Assembly (NCBI GenBank): GCA_951406725.2
Contig: OX597836.1
Location: 30,070,001 to 30,134,000 of the forward strand
Direction: 5' to 3'
Length of the DNA: 64,000 bases
Source: Octopus vulgaris
Taxonomy: Eukaryota
Shown: in pieces, positions 51,735-63,088 of the stretch
Position numbering within the stretch: position 1 is the first letter of the stretch
How the letters are laid out: each line of letters begins with the position of its first letter
Made by a program: the position numbers and the translations under genes
The notes under the pieces: model-generated
Told to the model about the DNA's origin: nothing
Seen by the model: only the letters and a program-made list of their open reading frames with translations
Databases searched by the model: none

Positions 51735-52125
51735 TATTTGTTACAGTCATTTGACCATGGCCATGTTGGGGCACAGCCTTGAAGAGTTTTACTCAAACAA
51801 ATCAACCTCAGGACTTTTTTTTTTAAAGCCTAGAACTTATTCTATCGGCCTCTTTTGCTGAACCATTATGTTATGCGGATGTAAACACACCACCACCGGT
51901 TGTCAAGCGGTGGTGGAGGACAAACACAAACTCAAAGAGTGTGAGACACACGCACACACACACATATGACGGGGCTTCTTTCACTTTCACCCTACCAAAT
52001 CCACTCACAAACCTTTGGTTAGAACAAGATTATAGTAGAAGACACTTGCCCAAGGTGCTGCACAGTGGGACTGAACCTGGAACCATGTGTTTGGGAAGCT
52101 AACTTCCTACCACACAGCCACGCCA
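51735..52125 (-). mobile_element. SINE family A (rare minus copy)
   Basis: Reverse complement of the full family A layout. Confidence 0.9.
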
Positions 52126-52361
52126 GGGCTGAAGGTAAGAATGCATGCACATATGAATAAAAATACACATGTATCTATGAATGTAGCCATGTCTGTATGT
52201 TTGTTTTGTTAATGTATATCAGTGAAAGATGTAAACATTATTGAGAAAACTAATAAACCAGTATGTTCAAACAAAACCTCTTGTGATAGTTGCTATGCCC
52301 AAGTTTTACAGGCAATCCCTTGCCATCATCCCAACATAAATGTAGTGAACTTGGGCTAAAC

Positions 52362-52630
52362 CAGTGGTTCCCTAACACTTCTTGCCTATGGACCCATTTG
52401 ATTCTTATTTTACTTGGATGGAACCCTTATAGCCATTCAATGTTTTAAAAAAAAAATCTTTACAAATTTTTATAATTAGATACTATTAGGAACTGTATAA
52501 AAAGCTGCAAAAAATTTTTTGTATTGTTGAAATATAAGCAAGTTATTGCACACAAATTTTAACAATAAAATCTTAAATGAACCCCCACCTCCCTTGCAAG
52601 GGTCATATGGTCCCCAGGTGAGAAGCACTT
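52362..52630. mobile_element. hAT MITE
   Basis: cagtggttcc ... gagaagcact, homologous to 47846-48075. Confidence 0.8.
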
Positions 52631-52632
52631 TG

Positions 52633-52861
52633 TTAACCCTTTCATTACCAACCCGCATGAAACTGGCTCTGGCTCTGTAGTACAAATGTCTTGTTTTCAT
52701 AAGTTCTGAATTAAAATCTTCCACCAAATCTAAGTCACAATTTATGTTCCTAACACTAGCTGAATGATAACAAAGTTATTTTACTAAATTCTTTGTTATA
52801 TTTAAAGTAATTGAAAGAAACACAGAGCATCCCAAAATAAATACAGTAACGAAAGGGTTAA
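52633..52861 (+). mobile_element. piggyBac-like MITE family 2
   Basis: TTAA ccctttcattac ... gtaacgaaaggg TTAA. Confidence 0.9.
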
Positions 52862-53444
52862 ACAGTCACAACAAATCCTTATGAAAATACTGACTAGAGA
52901 TGCAATGCAGAACATTAAAAAAAGTCAAAACTTCATCAACTCATTACTAAGGCAAGTACTGAATCAGAGGAACCGATAGGTAAAGAAGAAAAGACGTTTT
53001 CCTCAATGAAAGTATGTATTGTTTTGTGCTTTTTTTTTTGACATAAATTACATTTATAAAATTATATTGGAAAGTTTAAAAACCAATGTAGAAGGAAATC
53101 TCATTTATCTCAACAAAAGCTAAATAGTTTCTAGCAATCTTAAGACATTACTTTCAATATCACCAACTTTACTCTGCATATATATATATTTTGGCACTGA
53201 AATCAGAAATTGGAAACAGCACAAGATTCCAGCATAACTTGGAGTGGTGATGGTCGTGGTGGCAATGATGATAAATATAAACACAGTAAATTTTGTAAAA
53301 ATAAACAACACACACACACACACACATACATACATATACACACACACACACACATAACATAAAAATAGATGAAAATTTAGAGAAAAAATTCTAAAATTTC
53401 TCTAAGCTTGTGTGTATGTGTGTATGGCCATTTGTATAATATAT

Positions 53445-53475
<31 letters not shown>

Positions 53476-53773
53476 CACACGCATGCAGACATGCACACAC
53501 AGACAAATGCTGATTCAACATGAGTTATTGATAAATAAATAAATAAATGTACAGAGTCACATCCACATGTACTTAGTCTTGCTGTGAAATCGGGTCCTTG
53601 AGAAGGATTTTTTTTCTTTTTTTTTTTTATTGCAGCTTTTTGGGGATGAAAACTGAACCTACAACTTTTGTTATTATTTTGCAGTTCTTCAGAATTCATT
53701 CATCTCTCCCTCTGCAATGTGTATGAGTGATAATATACGCAGCATAAGTGTAAAGATATTAACACCTCAGAAA

Positions 53774-53814
<41 letters not shown>

Positions 53815-54003
53815 GAGAGCAGAGAGAGAGAGAGCAATGAAGTAGCTTGCATTGTTTTTGTTTACAGTTTAAAAGCAAGAGAGACATATGGTCCGACTGG
53901 ATAGACTGATAGACAGACAGATTAGTTAGGCAGACGCAGTACAAATAGTTAAAAATAACAACAATACATAATAACAATGATAATAATAATAATAATAATA
54001 ATG

Positions 54004-54040
<37 letters not shown>

Positions 54041-54054
54041 TAATAATAATAATG

Positions 54055-54097
<43 letters not shown>

Positions 54098-54193
54098 ATG
54101 GCTGCAGTCCAATAAGTAAAACAAGTAAAACAAAAAATGATAAATAACAACATCAACAACACAAACTAAACAGTAAATGGCAACAACAAGCAG

Positions 54194-54586
54194 TATGTAT
54201 GTATGTATGTGTGTGTATGTATGTATGATGTATGTGTGTGTGTATGTATGTATGTATGTATGTATGTGTGTGTGTATGTATGTATGTATGTATGTATGTA
54301 TGTATGTGTGTGTGTGTGTGTATGTATGTATGATGTATGTGTGTGTGTATGTATGTATGTATGTATGTATGTGTGTGTGTGTATGTATGTATGTATGTAT
54401 GTATGTATGTGTGTGTGTGTGTATGTATGATGTATGTGTGTATGTATGTATGTATGTATGTATGTGTGTGTATGTATGTATGATGTATGTGTGTATGTAT
54501 GTATGTATGTATGTGTGTGTGTGTATGTATGTATGATGTATGTGTGTATGTATGTATGTATGTATGTGTGTGTGTGTGTGTGTGTA

Positions 54587-54617
<31 letters not shown>

Positions 54618-55930
54618 GTACATGAAGTTACGTATATATGTAGGTAGGTAAATATAGTTGTATGTCTATGTGTGTGTATGTATACAAACCACGAGTATGT
54701 ATGTATGTATGTATGCTTGTATGTAAGTGTGCATGAAGTACATATGTAGGTAGGTAGGTACATAGAGTCGTATGTCTATGTGTGTGTATGTATACAAATT
54801 ACGAGCTTGTATGTATTGCATGTGTGTATGTATGTATAAAGTTAGGTATGTAGGTATGTAGACTGGTACTTATATTTATATATATATATGTGTGTGTGTG
54901 TATGTATACAAACTACAAGCCTGTATGTATTGTATGTATATATGTATGAAGTTAGGTATGTAGATAGCTACATATATTTCGTATGTCTATATGCATTTGT
55001 AGTTATACCAACTCCAAGCCTGTATGTATGTGTGTGTGTATATACCAGTGTATGTTGTATGTAGGCATGCCATGGCATGTCCATATCTCTGTGTGCTTTC
55101 ACTTATGGATACATACAAATACACTAGTAGGTGAATATGTGTGTATATATACACAAATTACAGCCTAAAGAATGCATGTATGACACATACATGCATCTAC
55201 ATGTATACATGTCATTTTGTATGAATCTGTTTTGATTTACGTATGTGTCCATATACATGTTTGGCCATGTGTATTCATGTGTAAATACTACAGGCTGAAG
55301 TGTGTATATATATATGTGTATATATATATATGTGTGTGTATATATATATTTGTCTCTGATCATGTATGTGTATAACTACATGCATTTCAATATGCATGTG
55401 AACCTGCATGTTTTGACTTATGAATATATATACACATACATATGTATACACTACAGGTTTAAAGCATGTCCGTATGTATAGCGTGCACGCGTGTTTGTGT
55501 GTATGCATGCGTGTGTGCATACATGCATCTCGCTATATGCATGAGTGTAAATAGTTTTAGTTATGTATGTGTACATGAAGTGTGTATATATATATTTGTC
55601 TCTGATTATGTATGTGTATAACTACATGCATTTCAATATGCATGTGAACCTGTATGTTTTGACTTATGAATGTATATACATACATATGTATACACTACAG
55701 GTTTAAAGCATGTCCGTATGTATAGCGTGCACGCGTGTTTGTGCGTATGCATGCGTGTGTGTGCATACACGCATCTCACTATATGCATGGGTGTAAATGG
55801 TTTTAGTTATGTATGTGTACATGAACAAATGTTTACAACTATAGTTATACACACTACAGGCAAAAGTATAAATACATGTAGGTAGATATGCTTGTACATG
55901 CATGCGTGGGCATAACTGCCTGTGTGTGGG
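54194..55930. repeat. (GTAT)n/(GT)n microsatellite grading into a minisatellite of about 80-110 bp, with a recent duplication of about 246 bp
   Basis: Recurrent ata.a.actac.gc anchors. 55333-55579 is nearly identical to 55580-55825. Confidence 0.9.
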
Positions 55931-56296
55931 TGGTTATACATACATACACAGACACACACATATATACACACACACACAAACATACAGGATTATAGTGACA
56001 TTTATAAAGAGGAGCCAAAATATGTGAAGTCTTTTTCTTACAGTCACACACAGTAACTTCATAGAATGGTAAGAAGTAAGACCAGTAACAATGACAGTGG
56101 AAGATGTATTACTGAGATGTACTTACAGAAGAAATAAGAAGAAGGAGGCGGCGAAGATGGAGAAGAGGGCCCAGACAGGAAAAGCATAAACCAAGCAGGT
56201 AACGATATCAAACAAGAAAGATTGGAAGAAAAAAAGATAGAAGGAATAACAACATTGAATTATTATTATTATTTTTTTTTTTTACATAAATGTTAC

Positions 56297-56308
56297 CTCA
56301 ATTTCCAT
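56297..56308 (-). CDS. Candidate short first coding segment (MEIE) before a phase-0 donor
   Basis: ATG GAA ATT GAG|gtaaca, downstream (on the minus strand) of a long CT-rich region free of interspersed repeats. Confidence 0.3.
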
Positions 56309-57160
56309 CAATTTTTCGAGCTCTACTGATGATTTCAGTGGAAAAATCAAAATCCTGAAGTAGTTGAAGGAAAGAAAAGAGGAGAGGAGAGGAGAGAAAG
56401 AAGGAAAAAAGAATGAAGAATTATGGAAAGAAAGAGAGAGAGAGAGAGAGAGAGATGTGGAGAAAAAAAATGAAAGAAAAATAATAAGAGTGTGGATGAT
56501 AGATAGAAAGAGGGAGTGATTTTGTAATGAAGAAAGTGTGACAAAAGAATGAGAGAGAAAAAGAGAACTGGAGTGACAGATACAGGAATAAAAGCAAGAA
56601 AGAGAGAATAAAATAGCAAGCGATGTAGAGATAAAATGAGAGGGAAACAGATGGAGAGAGAGAAAATGGGAGAGAGAGAGTGAGAGACAGATGGAGTGAG
56701 CCCCACACAAAAAGGCTCCCAAAGGCTCCTGGCTTTCTGTGTTGTTGAGTTTAGAGTAATTTCTCCTTTGTTGTTGTTGTTGTTGTAGTGGTGGTGGTTG
56801 TTGTCAAAAGCCAGAAAGGAGGAGGAGTAAAAGGAGGGAAGGTAAGAGAGAAAGAGAGAGAGAGAGAGAAAGAAGGCGAGCGAGTGTGGGAGGAAGGGAG
56901 GTGAGGGGGAACAGGCTAAGAAATCTAAAACTGAAACCAGAGATTCTTAAAGGAGACAGAGCAGGGAAGGAAGGAAGGAAGACTTGGGTTGAAGAAGAAG
57001 AAGAAAAAGAAGAAAAAGAATACAAAAAGAAAAAGAAAAAAAAGATGGAGATGAAGAAGAAGTAGAAGCTTAAACCAGGAACTGCCAGCCTTGCCACTAT
57101 TCACCAGAAACAGAGGAAGAGAGAAATAGATAGAAGGAGAGAGAGAGAGAGAGAATTAAA
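56309..57160 (-). promoter_or_regulatory. Putative promoter/5'UTR region (GA/CT-rich)
   Basis: About 850 bp free of SINEs and MITEs, with strong purine skew, GAGA tracts and scattered CpGs. This is inference only. Confidence 0.3.
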
Positions 57161-57880
57161 GAGGCAGTAGTCTGTATATGCATAAGGACATTTCTACCAT
57201 ATATTATTACATAGCTTCTTTTCTGTTGTTCAGCTGGGGTTTGGTAAGAAGTCCCACCATAAATCACTGTCCCCTCTCCGCCCCCCCCCCCATCTCTCTC
57301 TTAGTCTCACTTGGCTGCTCCTTACCCTCCTTACAACCACCAACTTGCTGGAACTCCAAGCAGAAAAAGAGAAGTGAGCCTACTAGAAATAGCAGTCGAA
57401 TCTCCCCTCAGATCATGCCTTACCTTATGTGTTGTTTTCAAAAGCAAAATAATAAAAAAAATTTAAAAAAAGGGAAGGACTCACAGGCTCAAACGTTAGA
57501 TGATGTAGTCCTAAACTGTTTTGAAATGAGGGAAAAAAAAAAAAAAGAAAACAAATGGAAATGTGATGGTCATGACTGGAACGTCTTTTGATCACAGGTC
57601 CGTTCAAACAAGGTTGATTTGGGGTTAAACACCACCGCCAACAACAACAACAACCACAGATCATACAATAAACAACTTCTCTCATACAAGTGGAGTTTTG
57701 TAACAAGACCTACCACAACTCCACCCCCTCCTCTGTCCCCACTTCTCTTTCTCCTCCAACTTCATCCCCTCCCCAACCAACACGCTAGAATTCCAAAGGG
57801 AGTGAGGCGAATGCCTTTATGTGGTCATTCAACCTTCTAGACATAGCTGTCAAAACTCCCTCAAAACACAGTCAATCATT

Positions 57881-58096
57881 TTAACCCCTTTTGTTAACAT
57901 ATTTCTGTTCAAATACACTGCCGTTGTTTCAATTGATTTTTCAAAAATAATGAAGAATTTAGTAAAAAGACTTTGCCATTGTTATGCTGGAGTTTGGAAT
58001 TTTGATTGAAGGTTTTAATTTAGATTACTTTAAAACAGGAAGTTTGTATCACAGAATCAGGGGTGGTCTCAGATGGGTTCATATCAAAAGGGGTTG
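57881..58096 (-). mobile_element. piggyBac-like MITE family 2 nested in old repeat family D
   Basis: ttaacccctttt ... tatcaaaaggggtt. The flanks join into the ctagaaatagcag..aaatctccctca..gacacatt repeat. Confidence 0.75.
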
Positions 58097-58651
58097 AAAG
58101 GGACATATTAAACAATGTAATATAATGGTACAATAATAAAAGTCATGAAGGTCACGTTTGGATTGTCTTTTGACCATAGGGCTGACCTGGTGCTATATAA
58201 TTACTAACAGATTTTTTACTACAATGCACCCCTTTAAATATTTATGCAGATACTGCATTAAATTATGGAAGGGGCACATTTTAGGGGATGGGAAAGTCGA
58301 TTACATAGACCTCAGGGCTCAACTGGTATTTATTGTAATGACCCCAAAATGATGAAAGCAAAATCAACCTTGGCCAAATTTAAACTTAAAATGTAAAGGA
58401 CCATCAACACCATAATAACAATAATAATAATAATACATAAAGAAAGACAATCAATAATAATTATATTTCTCGCTTTCTTTCGCTTCCAACTCACAATTTT
58501 GTAAACTATTCTTCATATTGTTAAATAAATATTTTAAACAAGAAAAGTTTCATTTTTGAGAATATTAATTAAACATGAAACTCAATATCATATATATATA
58601 GTATATATAGTATATAGAGTATAGATTGAATTGATATATCAGTTCTATTCT

Positions 58652-58705
58652 AGCAAAAACTGTCTGATGAACGGCAACGAGAAACTCAGAGTAACAGATT
58701 TTGTT
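58652..58705 (+). ncRNA. Minimal type I hammerhead ribozyme (Penelope-type)
   Basis: agcaaaaactgt CTGATGA a cg gcaa cg a GAAA ctc a gag TA acagattttgtt. Stem I pairs 11 of 12 positions, the core is intact, stem II is GNRA-capped, stem III is a short palindrome, and the cleavage triplet is GUA. Confidence 0.8.
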
Positions 58706-58799
58706 GAATTTTCTGCTGCTTAAAATAAAGCATATATATATATATATCGTTTTGGGATTTGGTTTGCAAGATTCTTTATGTGAGTGCGCGTGTTGAAGC

Positions 58800-59011
58800 A
58801 TATTCTGTTGTGTCTGGAAAGAGTTATTTCCTTTTTCTGCCTTATAATTTCACACACTCACTGGTAATAGTCTTGACTCTTGAAAGGGTTGCAAGACGTA
58901 ACAAAAATTTTAAGAAAATAAAAATAAGGAATAAGTGGAAATTTTACCAGTGAGTGTGTTAAATTATAAGGCTCAAAAAGAAAATGACTCTTCCCAGATA
59001 CAACAGTATAT
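58800..59011. repeat. Inverted repeat (about 68-bp arms) within (TA)n
   Basis: ctgttgtgtctgg..gccttataattt.acacactcactggtaa pairs with ttaccagtgagtgtgt.aaattataaggc..ccagatacaacag. Confidence 0.9.
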
Positions 59012-59168
59012 ATATATATATATATATATCACTATGACCGATAGGCTATCAGATGTTGTTACACATCACTGGTCACAATGCGCTTCGCATTGTTTTAGCC
59101 TTCAAATGACGCCACCCCGCTGGCTAAGCGAGCAGGCCATATATATATATAGATAGATAGATAGACAC

Positions 59169-59203
<35 letters not shown>

Positions 59204-59750
59204 TAAACACACACATATACATATATCTCACACACACTTATATATACATATAAATATATATTTTTAAAAATCCATAGACATACAGGTATTGTGTAAAGAA
59301 GTGTGTGTTCTTTTACAAGTGCATTTGTATATCTATTTTTAAATACACATGTATACACATGCACATATGTATGTGGTGTATGGATGCATGTGTATGCACG
59401 TGTATGAATGCATGTGTGTGTGTGTGTGTGCATGATGTATGTATGTGTGCCTGTATATATATATATACATATGTGTATATGTATGAATGTTCATTCGAGT
59501 TTGATGATTCACAACCTCACAATGTGCCTCCCTCAGGCGACCAAATGTTTTATTGTTTTTTGTTTTTTTGCTGTTTCAACGGATACATTTAGTAAGAAAC
59601 TCTGAGTAACAATGGAATGAGTCATCATCAGCTTTGAAGAAATAAATGAACTCTACATGTATTGAGTACTTCTTATCTTGTCTGTACAGGGAAATGTGTG
59701 TGTGGGTATGAATCTGTAAATATGTGTGTTTGTATGTGTGTGTGTGTGTG

Positions 59751-59784
<34 letters not shown>

Positions 59785-59796
59785 ACAAACATAGAG

Positions 59797-59836
<40 letters not shown>

Positions 59837-60395
59837 AAATATCCAAAGGGTTTTTAACCCAATATTTATACACAATTTTTTATAGCTCTATCTGCTTCAA
59901 GATCCACCGTTCCCAAAAAGGATTATTTCAAGTTCTTGAAACTTCTATATTCCTATGATGCCAAAAATATATGTATGTATGTATGTATGCATGCATGTAT
60001 ACATGTAATGTATGCATGTATGTAATGTATGTATGTATGTATGTATGTATGTGCGTGCATGTATATCAGATAAATGGAGATTTAGAAATCCAAGCTGTAT
60101 CAGATGTGTGGACAGTATTCTTAAAAGGAAACCATTCATACAAACTGAAATTCCAGGGATAATCATTAGTCATGGAGTATAGTACGGTAGTAGGCCCATG
60201 AATGGGGGTTATGGCATTACACACATTTCAGTTGTTTTGCCAACAACAGGGATCAGCTACATCATGAATATAGATATAAATGATTGTGTGACCTTACATT
60301 GTATTAGATGTGATCCATGTATTGTTGAAACGATCATGATGAAGGAGTAACTGTAACACCATAACCTCCATTCTTGGACTTATATGATACATATA

Positions 60396-60458
<63 letters not shown>

Positions 60459-60514
60459 GCATGCTTATATGATGCATATAACATATATATATATATATTT
60501 ATTTTATAGAAGGA

Positions 60515-60563
60515 GCTTCTACAGGACTAGAACTGTTTCATTCAAAAGAAATCATCAGGAAGC
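60515..60563 (-). ncRNA. Type I hammerhead ribozyme with intact core
   Basis: Reverse reads gcttc CTGATGA t ttc tttt gaa t GAAA cag ttctagtc ctg TA gaagc. All three stems can form and the triplet is GUA; predicted cut between 60520 and 60519. Confidence 0.8.
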
Positions 60564-60625
60564 ATTTACTCTGCTATGTATTGAGTACCTTATTTACTGT
60601 GGTTAACCCCGACTCAACCCGGGAC

Positions 60626-60664
<39 letters not shown>

Positions 60665-60689
60665 CCTACATATAAGACTAAAAGGGTAC

Positions 60690-60896
60690 ATATATGCATA
60701 TGTAAAAAAAAATACAAACTGGGACAAGAACGCAAAACATTTAGAAGACAATACAAAAAACACGGACGGGACATTTGAAGCCTTCAATCTTCAGTCAAGA
60801 GATTGAAGGCTTCGAATGTCCCGTCCGTGTTTTTTGTATCGTCTTCTAAATGTTTTGCGTTTTTATCCCAGTTTGTATTTTTACATATGCATATAT
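60690..60896. repeat. Near-perfect inverted repeat (about 100-bp arms, 9-nt spacer)
   Basis: 60690-60790 is reverse-complementary to 60800-60896, with about 4 substitutions and a poly(A) length difference. Confidence 0.95.
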
Positions 60897-60977
60897 ATAT
60901 ATATAGGCCTATATACATATATATACACATACACAAATTGCATAAGTGTGTGCATATATATTACATATTTATTAAAT

Positions 60978-61492
60978 ATGTGGCTGCGTGATAAGAAGCT
61001 TGCTTTCCAACCACATAGTTCAGGGTTCAGTCCCACTGTGTGGTACTTTGGACAAACGTCATCTACTATAGCCTTGGGCCAGCCAAAGCGTTGTGAGTGG
61101 ATATGGTAGATAGAAACTGAAAGATGCCTGTTGCATATATATATATGTATATATATGTGCATATCTTTGTGTCTGTCTTCCAACACCACTTGACAACCAG
61201 TGCTGGTGTGTTTATGACCCTAGTGGTTCAACAAAAGAGGCCGCTAGAATAAATACTAGGCTTTAAAAGAAGATAAGTACTGGGGTTGATACATTTGACT
61301 GACCACAGTGAAATGACTGAAACAAGTAAAAGATAGGAGTGGCTGTGTGGTAAGTAGCTTGCTTACCAACCACACGGTTCCGGGTTCAGTCCCACTGCAT
61401 GGCACCTTGGGCAAGTGTCTTCTACTATAGCCTCGGGCCGACCAAAGCCTTCTGAGTGGATTTGGTAGACGGAAACTGAAAGAAGCCCGTTG

Positions 61493-61525
<33 letters not shown>

Positions 61526-61720
61526 TTGTCCCCCCCAACATCGCTTGACAACCGATGCTGGTGTGTTTACATCCCCGTTACTTAGCAGTTCGGCAAAAGA
61601 GACCGATAGAATAAGTACTAGGCTTACAAAGAATAAGTCCTGGGGTCGATTTGCTAGACTAAAAAGGCGGTGCTCCAGCATGGCCGCAGTCAAATGACTG
61701 AAACAAGTAAAAGAATAAAG
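60978..61720 (+). mobile_element. Two head-to-tail SINE family A copies (junction near 61334)
   Basis: The tail gaaacaagtaaaaga runs straight into taggagtggctgtgtgg. Confidence 0.9.
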
Positions 61721-61725
61721 AAAAA

Positions 61726-61760
<35 letters not shown>

Positions 61761-61909
61761 CATACACACGCATGTATATACAAATCCCCCTTAGCATTTT
61801 GCCAGTACAAGAAATCAGTGATTTGTAAGGTCCCTAAATTTTAACGGTGAATGAAGGATACAGTCGATCAGTCAATTCTTCAGTTTGGTACAGGCACTTA
61901 CATTAGTGT

Positions 61910-62210
61910 AAGTTTGTTCCTTCTCAAGCCATGCCTAGCTCATAGGGCCAGTTTCCCGGTTTCCTTGGCGTATAGGTTCCCCACCTGGACGGGACGCCGG
62001 GCCGTCACAAGTGAGCTGCAAGATGCAGGAGGAAAGAGTGAGAGAAAGTTGTGGCGAAAGAGTCAGCAGAAGTTCGCCATTACCTTCTGCCGGAGCTGCG
62101 TGGAGCTTAGGTGTTTCGCTCACAAACACACACATCACCCGGTCTGAGATTCAAACCTGCGATCCCTCGACCGCGAGTCTGCTGCTCTAACCACTAGGCC
62201 ATGTGCCTCT
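61910..62210 (-). mobile_element. Young tRNA-derived SINE related to 14258-14560, with a different 3' half
   Basis: The reverse head matches 14258. The end matches the family B tail (reverse of gaaaccggg..ccc.atgagc). Confidence 0.85.
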
Positions 62211-62447
62211 ACAGTGTGTGCAAGTGTGCATGTGCGAACGAATACTCTTTAATTGATTTCAGTTATTAAATTATGGACATGTTGAGTCACTCTCTTCAAA
62301 GATTATAACTGAAAACGGTGAGCCTAATGCTTATTCTATTCAACACTATTTACTGGATGGCTAAGTTTTACCTTTCTGTTTGTCTATTATTAATTGTTTT
62401 TGGTAGGGTAAGTGGGAGTAGAAGGAGTATAACCTAGCACTCCCATT

Positions 62448-63088
62448 TGTAAGAGAGTGCTGAAAGGTTCCTGGCTTTAGATAATAGAAAATACAGGAGA
62501 ATTAGTTACCTATGGTGCAGGAGTGGCTGTGTGGTAAGTAGCTTGTTTACCAACCATATGGTTCCGGGTTCAGTCCCACTGCGTGGCACCTTGGGCAAGT
62601 GTCTTCTACTATAGCCTCGGGCCGACCAAAGCCTTGTGAGTGGATTTGGTAGACGGAAACTGAAAGAAGCCCGTCGTATATATGTATATATATATATATA
62701 TGTGTGTGTGTCTGTGTTTGTCCCCCTAGCATTGCTTAACAACCGATGCTGGTGTGTTTATGTCCCCGTTACTTAGCGGTTTGGCAAAAGACACCGATAG
62801 AATAAGTACTGGGTTTACAAAAGAATAAGTCCCAGGGTCGAGTTGCTCGATTAAAGGCGGTGCTCCAGCATGGCCGCAGTCAAATGACTGAAACAAGTAA
62901 AAGAGTAAAAGAGAGAGAGAGAGAGAGTATGATTTTATTCAACATATTCCTCTCTCAGATTCACACACTTATTGCAATGGCCCTTCAGTTTTTCTAAACC
63001 CTGTAAAAAAAACTCAGATGGTTAGGCCTCCAACCAAGCCTTTCGTGATACTCTTTTAAGCCAGGAACTTTTCAGCACCTCCTTGTAC
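62448..63088. mobile_element. mariner-like MITE split by a SINE family A copy (62514-62912, +)
   Basis: TIRs gtgctgaaaggttcctggcttta / aagccaggaacttttcagcacc. The interior is homologous to 49718-49937. Confidence 0.85.

Noticed and set aside
56129-56198. Plus-strand segment ending CAG|gtaacg
   Set aside because: The most protein-like frame has an upstream stop and the acceptor is weak.
56322-56365. CTGATGA..GAAA on the plus strand
   Set aside because: Stems II and III do not form convincingly; likely chance.
60760-60800. CTGAAGA on the minus strand as a hammerhead core
   Set aside because: No GAAA or stem I complement in the required positions.
61256-61810. 184-aa ORF and recurring peptides such as RRHLPKVPRSGTEP
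   Set aside because: Antisense translation of SINE family A, repeated at many loci.
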